Below are positions 57,951-64,000 of a DNA stretch of 64,000 nucleotides, in pieces. How positions within the stretch are numbered: the stretch's first letter is position 1; each line of letters opens with the position of its first letter. A program made the translations under genes and the position numbers. This DNA is from a virus: IMG/VR virus record IMGVR_UViG_3300045391_006990, positions 32,001-96,000 of that record, one strand, 5' to 3'. Under the pieces are notes generated by a model. That model was not told the origin of the DNA and made no database searches. It worked only from the letters and a program-made list of their open reading frames with translations.

Positions 57951-58359
57951 CGATAGGGGCGAACAAGCTGGCGCGAGGCTCTGGTCTGAAGCGGTATTTG
58001 GGCTCTAACCCAATCGACTCCCGCAGCCTATTGAATTCCATGATGAGGTCGTCGAGTGCTTTCTCGGAGTCGAAGTTGGGGTCATCCAAGAAGCGGTAGA
58101 TGGGGAACGGCAGGAACAGCTGCAGCCACGGTCGCGTCTCGTTGAGGCGCAGGTACAGCGCATCGTCGTACATGTTCATGATGCGCGCGATGTCGGCTGC
58201 GTTGAAGAAGAAATAGGTTGGGCGTTGCCAATCACCCAGGTACTGCGCTGTCCACGTACGAGCCTGTGCCTGCCCTTTATCCCACGCATAGAAGGGCACC
58301 AGCACCTTCTCCATGCGGTCTGCCAGCAGATCCTCGAATGGAAAGATGAGCTGGTACAT
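57940..58359 (-). CDS. AxxMExAL motif protein
   Basis: DLLADRMEKVL. Confidence 0.65.
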   Translation of the reverse strand: MYQLIFPFEDLLADRMEKVLVPFYAWDKGQAQARTWTAQYLGDWQRPTYFFFNAADIARIMNMYDDALYLRLNETRPWLQLFLPFPIYRFLDDPNFDSEKALDDLIMEFNRLRESIGLEPKYRFRPEPRASLFAPIDDC

Positions 58360-58688
58360 CAGTACGGCCTCAGCTTTTTGGGAGCAACTTCACGCCGACT
58401 ACGCGCGTCGTCCTCGCGCTCGAGACCAGGGAAGAACCACAAGTCTAGCTCGACTTCCATGTAGTCCCAGCCGTTTGTCTTTTCTCGGCGTACCTCAACC
58501 TCCACCATGGCCGTGTTCGGGTAACGAAAGCGAACCTCTACAGTCGACCCGAACAGACCCTTGTGCTTGCTCTGGACTTTGTACTCGCTCCAGTCTGTCC
58601 AGCCACCGAGCAGCGCCAGCTCCATGCGCTCGGCCATCAAGTCTTCAACGTCTTCGATGATGGCAGCGAGGTTGTCGAGCTTCTTCAA
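58359..58688 (-). CDS. AxxMExAL motif protein
   Basis: DLMAERMELAL. Confidence 0.65.
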   Translation of the reverse strand: MKKLDNLAAIIEDVEDLMAERMELALLGGWTDWSEYKVQSKHKGLFGSTVEVRFRYPNTAMVEVEVRREKTNGWDYMEVELDLWFFPGLEREDDARSRREVAPKKLRPY

Positions 58689-59173
58689 AATGCACTCATC
58701 CTGATCTTGGTTGGTTTGCCATTTGCCAGCCTGCCCTCGTACGCCTCACGCACCAGCTTTTCCTTCTCGATGCCGGGGAAGAACCATTGGTGGCGTCGTG
58801 GGCTGTACAGGCGTGAGTACTCGTCGTTGCCGGTGCCCCAAATGAGCGGGTCCTGTTCAGGCGGTTTCTTCTTGGGCACGTCGACCTTGAAGAAGCGCAC
58901 CTCGATGCAAGGATTACCTGTGGCGTAGGTTCGAAAGCGCACCGCACACTTCTGCCCAACGCGGGCTAGTCTCTCCTCTCCAAAATCCACGTGGTGGTCT
59001 GAGCGCAGCGTGTACACGTGCCAACCGTTGGTGAAGAGCGATTCGGTGTGTGCCTCGGGCTTGATGATGCTGTCACGCACCATCTTGTGTAGGTAAGCCC
59101 TCAGCCTTTGGTTGTCCTTCTTCGTGACCGCCCAGCCTGGCGGGAGTCGCTTTGTCTTACGGCTTTGTGCCAC
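58685..59173 (-). CDS. Hypothetical protein; its C-terminal domain resembles that of 58359..58688
   Basis: Both share VRFR....N..[IV]EV...WFFPG[IL]E[KR]E. Confidence 0.6.
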   Translation of the reverse strand: MAQSRKTKRLPPGWAVTKKDNQRLRAYLHKMVRDSIIKPEAHTESLFTNGWHVYTLRSDHHVDFGEERLARVGQKCAVRFRTYATGNPCIEVRFFKVDVPKKKPPEQDPLIWGTGNDEYSRLYSPRRHQWFFPGIEKEKLVREAYEGRLANGKPTKIRMSAF

Positions 59174-59454
59174 CTCTTCATACCCTCCTTGACGCGTACT
59201 GATCTTTCCTCGAGCGTGGCGATCAGCCTGTCGGCAGTAGCTGCGGACACGCTGTCGAGCATAAGTCGACCTCCCGAAGTGGAAGCAGCCGTAGCTGTGC
59301 CAGTGCGTAGGCTCACGTCATCCCCAATAGAACGTTGCGATGGTGGAGGCTCGGTGACGGTCAGCGCATCCTCCATAGCCTGCGCTATAGCAGCCTTCTT
59401 GTGGTACCAAGGTTGGTACTTGCGCACGTGGAGCTTCTTCTTGCGCTTACTCAA
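59101..59454 (-). CDS. Basic N-terminus + AxxMExAL motif protein
   Basis: AAIAQAMEDAL. Confidence 0.6.
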   Translation of the reverse strand: MSKRKKKLHVRKYQPWYHKKAAIAQAMEDALTVTEPPPSQRSIGDDVSLRTGTATAASTSGGRLMLDSVSAATADRLIATLEERSVRVKEGMKRWHKAVRQSDSRQAGRSRRRTTKG

Positions 59455-59863
59455 TTGAGATCGAAACCTTTTTCAGCTCGATTATTGGGGTAATGCCAGC
59501 GGAGATGTGTAGGTGCTGCTTGAGCTCCGCTTCAAGCAGTACGCTACCGTCTAGGATTAGTTGAACCTTCGACAAGATCGCTGACCCCCCTATACACGCA
59601 GGGAAGCAGATGGGTCTTACGGTACTGAGAAGTCCGTGGGCGACAGCCCATTGATTCGTGTCACGCGCGAGGGAAACCCGCGCATAACCAGCGTAGGTCA
59701 CCTCATTCCCGTCAATATCCAGAAGGCTTGCTGTCATCCCTGTAGTAGGAGTCAGCGCAGCTTCCATGCGTGCGGCAGCTAAATCACACTCACGCTTTTG
59801 CTTAAGTAACGACTCAACCAACTTCCACTGGTGCTTGGCCCACCGAACCGAATTCCTCTTCAT
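59447..59863 (-). CDS. AxxMExAL motif fused to a phage tail-protein-like domain
   Basis: DLAAARMEAAL followed by NEVTYAGYARVSLAR...W...FPACIGGS...ISAGITP. Confidence 0.65.
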   Translation of the reverse strand: MKRNSVRWAKHQWKLVESLLKQKRECDLAAARMEAALTPTTGMTASLLDIDGNEVTYAGYARVSLARDTNQWAVAHGLLSTVRPICFPACIGGSAILSKVQLILDGSVLLEAELKQHLHISAGITPIIELKKVSISIE

Positions 59864-60453
59864 GGTCTGCGCAGCCGTCCTAGCCCGTAAGCCGGGCCTG
59901 TGCCATTGATCTTGCCTCCAATCAATTTAAGGGGAGGTCCGCCGTAGACTGCCGCGAATGATGCGATCTTTGCGGCGGCGCGCGCTACATCCGCGCTTAT
60001 GCCATCGGCAACCACCTTCTCGAACACCTGCTCGATGTCGTCCGGCAGCTCATCGCCGTAGCTGCTGAGCACCAAGGCCGTGTTTGCTTTGGATTCGCCA
60101 AACGCTTGCTCGAGCACGCGCCGCTCGAGCTCAGCGTAGTCCGTACGCGCCAATGGGTCGTCAACGATGACGAGCGTACCTGGACCTCCAAGCCGTTGTG
60201 GCGTCGGCAGGCCACGCGAAGCGTACCTGTGCTCCAAGGCCATATCTTGAAGCTGGGCGTAGAAGTCGTCGAGGCGTGGGATGTACTGCAAGTTCGGCTG
60301 TGATGAACCTCTGCGCCCAGTGATTGGGCCCAGAGTTTCGAGGTCGAACGCCACCGGATCGAAGCTGAGCGCCGCCTCCATTGCGTGTGCCTGCGCATCT
60401 TCGTACGCCTTGTTGCGCCGTTGATTGCGGGTAAGTCGCTTCTGCCTACGCAT
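59860..60453 (-). CDS. AxxMExAL motif fused to a patchwork of DNA polymerase A motif fragments
   Basis: DAQAHAMEAAL, VAFDLET, TGRRGSSQPNLQYIPR, DYAELERRVL and AKIASFAAVYG. Confidence 0.65.
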   Translation of the reverse strand: MRRQKRLTRNQRRNKAYEDAQAHAMEAALSFDPVAFDLETLGPITGRRGSSQPNLQYIPRLDDFYAQLQDMALEHRYASRGLPTPQRLGGPGTLVIVDDPLARTDYAELERRVLEQAFGESKANTALVLSSYGDELPDDIEQVFEKVVADGISADVARAAAKIASFAAVYGGPPLKLIGGKINGTGPAYGLGRLRRP

Positions 60454-60652
60454 TCTTCCTCCTAGCCTTCACCCGCTTGGCGTCTTCGAAGCAGGCACGA
60501 GCCTCGTCCTTGGATTTACCGGTGGCTCGCATCCAAATCTCCATCAGCGTGGACTCTCCGCTGAGTGCTTCTTCCATGTCCCGCGCTTGCTCATCAACCG
60601 AGGCGGCTCTTTGGTCCCTTGTGCTTGGGTCGGACGACAGGGGTTGTGTCAT
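60446..60652 (-). CDS. AxxMExAL motif protein
   Basis: DEQARDMEEAL; GAGG SD. Confidence 0.65.
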   Translation of the reverse strand: MTQPLSSDPSTRDQRAASVDEQARDMEEALSGESTLMEIWMRATGKSKDEARACFEDAKRVKARRKNA

Positions 60653-60955
60653 CGTTCACCTCACGTTCACCAAGAAAGGCCTTAGCACGCAGCACGGTCT
60701 CTTGCTCACCACGCGAGATCTTGGCTCCTAAGATGCTGGTGGATTCTGGCTGCAGCTCGATGATGTGTACCAGCGCCTTGATGAGACTGGGGGCTTCATC
60801 GATACGCCAAGTCTCAGCCTTGTAGGCCTTGACCGCCCGAAGCAGCTCACGCGTGGCTTTGGTGTGGATGCGTGGTGCGCCATCTTCGAGCTCATCCGCC
60901 GCAGCTAGCGCTGCACGGATCACACGCTCCTTCAGCAGATTCACGGATGCAGTAC

Positions 60956-61906
60956 TCATTTTCTTAGCTCCAGGGATTTGACGACTTCAGGGCTCAGGTA
61001 GGGGTTGCGGGCGCAAGCATCTTCGATGAGCCGCTCCATGGCCACCTCGAACTTGCCCTTGTCGTCGCGCCCCTCGGCGCCAACAACGCAGCGGTCGCGC
61101 GGATGAAGCTGCAGCTTGGTCTCAATACGCAGGAGCCTGCCTTCCGGAAAGCTCATGGAGCTCGAGCCCGTCTGATACAGGCCTTGGTAGATGTACAGGT
61201 TACCGAGGTCTTTGTTGACGCGCTCGGCATTGGCCTTCGCTGCGGCTACATCCAAGGCGCGGGCGACGCTCGTCCTGCGACGGTCGTGCTCCCAGCGGCG
61301 CAGCACCTCAGCCGGCTTCAGCTCTTGGATCTCGATGACATACGAGGCGTAGTGCACGTCGTATTCGACCGTCTCCCAGCCAGTCTTACTCACCTCAGGC
61401 TCTGGGTGCGCCACACAGAAGGGTTGGCCAGGGGCGATGCCGTTTTGTAAGGCCCACTGCCGCCATGGCTCATGCCACTCGTGGTCGTACTCGAAGCAGT
61501 CCCCGTCGCCGTAGCTGATGCCCAGCGCCTCCCGCAAATCCAAGTCGCTCAGCCACCAAGGGAACCACTTGGGCTCCTGCGACGCGGGCCTCAGCTGATT
61601 GCCCATGGCGTCCCATTCACCCTCGTCGGTATCCCACGCAGGGCCTTGCCCGATCTTCACCGGATGCAGGTCGTAGAAGTCACCCCAATACAGGCGGTAC
61701 CATTCTCGTACCAATTTGATGCCATAGAGGTTTACGGCATCGCTGTCGTAGCGCACGGGTGGGATGAGTTTGCGCAGCTTCTTGAGCGTGCGACGCGTCT
61801 TGGTTGTAGGCACCAACGCTGCTGGAGGCACGGGCTCGCTAGGCATGCCATCCCACCACAACTCTGCTTCACTCAAGCTTTGGCTTCTCCTTTCTTGCTG
61901 GCACAC
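60956..61906 (-). CDS. Hypothetical Trp-rich protein
   Basis: Long ORF in the operon. Start uncertain. Confidence 0.6.
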   Translation of the reverse strand: MCQQERRSQSLSEAELWWDGMPSEPVPPAALVPTTKTRRTLKKLRKLIPPVRYDSDAVNLYGIKLVREWYRLYWGDFYDLHPVKIGQGPAWDTDEGEWDAMGNQLRPASQEPKWFPWWLSDLDLREALGISYGDGDCFEYDHEWHEPWRQWALQNGIAPGQPFCVAHPEPEVSKTGWETVEYDVHYASYVIEIQELKPAEVLRRWEHDRRRTSVARALDVAAAKANAERVNKDLGNLYIYQGLYQTGSSSMSFPEGRLLRIETKLQLHPRDRCVVGAEGRDDKGKFEVAMERLIEDACARNPYLSPEVVKSLELRK

Positions 61907-62747
61907 GGAAGGTCACGCCCTTGATGAACGTGGGGTCGTTGGCATCGTTGGCGAACTCGATGTCCTCGGTCGAGTCTTTGCCCACGCGCGTTGTGGTCTT
62001 GGTGAAGATGCCACAGCGCCCGCACTCCCAACTCTTCTTGTGAATGAACGGGATGTCGTCGCTGAACAGGGCTTCGAGCTCAGCCTCAGTCATTGGCTGC
62101 GTGAAGTCCTTGATCACCTGCGTCTGCTCTTCACTGTCCTTGCTTTCGCTCCAGCCGTTACAGCGAGGGCAGTACATGCCTTCAGCCTTGAACGTACCAG
62201 CGATCTGCGCCTCGAACTGACTGAGGTCGGTCATGTCGTAGCGCCGTACGATTTCAGCCTTGGGCATCCTGCGTATTTGCTCGGCAGTGGTAACGAAGAT
62301 GAGCTTGGCGCGCAGGGAGGCGTAACGCACCTCGTGCTCGTTGACCAAGAAGTCGACGGTCTCACCAGCCCTTTCCGAGGCCCAGGCGCAGGCGGCATCG
62401 ATAGCGCGCTCGAGGTGCTCGTTGGCCACGGCGGTGGCGTCGAAGTCTTCGAGCTCGTCATCAGTAGGCGCATGCCCTACCGCTTGCTCGACGAGCCAAC
62501 GTGGGGCGTCGGCGAAGCCCATGAACCTAGGGCTGCTCAGAAAGCGCACTGCCCTCACGTACGACTTGCGCAAGAGCTTCGTGTACGAGTCGTCGTCCTC
62601 ACCACCCTTGGGCCTGGTGCCGATGCAGAGCGGAAAGCGCGAGCAGCCAAAGAAGCTGCCTTTGGCGCCGTGCCGCTCCATCATGGGCACGCCGCATTCA
62701 GGGCAGCGCACGTGCGGAAGCAGCACGCGCTGCTTGAACTTACCCAT
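61869..62747 (-). CDS. Protein with a topoisomerase-type C4 zinc ribbon
   Basis: CPECGVPMMERHGAKGSFFGCSRFPLC; GGAGGAG SD. Confidence 0.75.
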   Translation of the reverse strand: MGKFKQRVLLPHVRCPECGVPMMERHGAKGSFFGCSRFPLCIGTRPKGGEDDDSYTKLLRKSYVRAVRFLSSPRFMGFADAPRWLVEQAVGHAPTDDELEDFDATAVANEHLERAIDAACAWASERAGETVDFLVNEHEVRYASLRAKLIFVTTAEQIRRMPKAEIVRRYDMTDLSQFEAQIAGTFKAEGMYCPRCNGWSESKDSEEQTQVIKDFTQPMTEAELEALFSDDIPFIHKKSWECGRCGIFTKTTTRVGKDSTEDIEFANDANDPTFIKGVTFRVPARKEKPKLE

Positions 62748-62756
62748 CTCTCCTCC

Positions 62757-63140
62757 CTAGCAATCTTCGTTGACGAGCACACCGCACTCGTCGCAATGGC
62801 GGTCGAGCGCTTCCTTGGTGTTACTCCAGAGCGTCATCATGTAGCCACTCAAGTAGCTGAGCCGCGGGTAGTTGGTAGCCACTGGCTCGTTCTTGAGCGC
62901 GCTTTCCATCGCCGGGGCGATTGTGTTGATGCGATGACAACGCCAACACAGGACGCAGCCGTGACTGAAGGTGTAGCCGATGATCCACGCTGCAGTAGAA
63001 AGCACTCCGCCCCATCGAATCTCTCCACAGCCAGTGCATTCCCAGCCACTGTGGTATCGAGGGGGCGGATGTACTTCCAGGCAAGGTGCCTGGGTCTTGC
63101 AATTCGGACAGCGCTGAACCGGCTTGACTTGCCGACTCAT
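62757..63140 (-). CDS. Multi-CxxC protein carrying the AxxMExAL motif
   Basis: CPNC..CTGC..CWRC, then NTIAPAMESAL, then CDEC. Confidence 0.65.
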   Translation of the reverse strand: MSRQVKPVQRCPNCKTQAPCLEVHPPPRYHSGWECTGCGEIRWGGVLSTAAWIIGYTFSHGCVLCWRCHRINTIAPAMESALKNEPVATNYPRLSYLSGYMMTLWSNTKEALDRHCDECGVLVNEDC

Positions 63141-63956
63141 GAACTGGTCGGAGGCACGACGCGTTCTTCCTCGATTTCGATAGCGCGTTGTACTTGCTGC
63201 GTGGGCAGACCCTGCGGCAGCTTGAACGCGTCGAATTGCTCGAGAAGCTGCACGCAAGGCAGCAGCTCTTGGTAGAGCTCTACGGCCTTGGTGTGATCGC
63301 CACGCGCTTTCGCCTCGGTTGCCCCGTCCTGGAGCCTTATGGCCACCGCCATCAGGTCGTCGAGAAGAATGTACCCACCCCGGTAAGGGATGAGTCCTCG
63401 CCCAGAAGCTCCAACGTGATCGAGCATGCAATCAGAATTAGCCATGCAACGCCTACCAATACTTTCAGTGCGTCCGTCATTCGAGCCTTTCTTCCGCACC
63501 GTTGAAGCCAGGCTCGCCCGTAATGGGGAACCTCACTCCGACGAGTCGTCTTCTTGTAGCTGCGCGCCTAGCACCACTTTGGGCAGCGCAGGAGCCCGCA
63601 AAGCATCGGGCGGTACCGCCATTTCAGGCGGCGGGTTTGAAGAGATGGGCGATAGAGGCGGGGATGGCCAGGTTGGGTGGTCCTCTGGCGGCTCCGGGGC
63701 TGGCTGCCCAACCAGCGTCTTGTCGTCCTCTTCATTCAGTTGGTTCATCGATCCCGTTGACTTGGTACTGCTCGGCCATCTCCGAAGCTTGCCGCATCAA
63801 TTCCTTGGCAGCCGCGTGGCCCATGATGATGCGGTAGTTGCCCACCACTGCCTTCAGCACGAGGCGAAGCGCAGCAAGCTGTACGAGTGTCGAATCCACT
63901 TCGCCGGCGATGATTTCTGTCAGCTCGGACTTCAGCTTGCTCGCGAGTATCAGCAC
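63137..63956 (-). other. Small hypothetical genes (63137-~63428, 63533-63748 Pro-rich, 63732-63956)
   Basis: Co-directional overlapping ORFs. Confidence 0.45.
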
Positions 63957-64000
63957 CCGATCTTCGGGAACGTCTTCGAGCGCCTGCTTGCGCTGCCACT

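Noticed and set aside
59860-60453. Functional DNA polymerase A
   Set aside because: It is far too short, lacks motif C and the intervening domains, and the flanking frames do not supply the missing parts.
51524-63140. The repeated motif as a DNA-level repeat (CRISPR, attC-like site, or internal SD from ATGGAG)
   Set aside because: Only ATGGA is invariant. Other positions vary synonymously, spacing is irregular, there is no palindrome, and it is always in frame inside ORFs. This points to a peptide motif.
61764-63275. 503-aa plus-strand ORF (likewise 33553..34983 and 5142..6269)
   Set aside because: These are antisense shadows of well-supported minus-strand genes, as expected in high-GC DNA.
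1-64000. Stop-codon reassignment, CRISPR array, integrase or IS elements
   Set aside because: Genes pack tightly under code 11 with all three stops used. No regularly spaced repeats or recombinase/transposase motifs were recognised.

Overview
A 64-kb, roughly 60% GC segment of a large myovirus-like (jumbo-type) phage genome. A Myxococcota/Polyangiaceae-like host is inferred from the FGE-sulfatase, sce7726-family and NtrC-type receiver genes; this is not proven. From the left, on the minus strand: a repeat-rich tail fibre that runs off the window and is absent from the ORF track, baseplate J-like and gp25-like proteins, a lysis/cell-wall cassette, a nucleotide-metabolism cluster (dcd, MazG-like, 5'-nucleotidase), an SSB-tail protein, a HerA-like ATPase and an HNH endonuclease. 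The middle is an accessory region with PTH2, tRNA-Phe, a D-armless tRNA-like RNA, metalloproteases, a macrodomain, a response regulator, a beta-helix tailspike, a Lar-like protein and many small ORFs. The main finding is at 51.5-63.1 kb. There, 17 otherwise largely unrelated small genes each carry one copy of the helical motif [DE]-x-x-A-x-x-M-E-x-[ASV]-L, and two more carry an L-D-R-L-E-x-A-[LI] variant. The motif sits at the junction between swappable N-terminal modules (H/C-CG...CxxC zinc fingers, basic or acidic patches) and variable C-terminal payloads. Several payloads look like captured fragments of phage core genes (DNA polymerase A motifs, tail proteins). Two promoter classes (a GGGGATAAGA motif and leaderless TAnnnT promoters) and a conserved TAGCYC terminator tail are also visible. 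All family assignments come from motif recognition by eye; no database searches were run.
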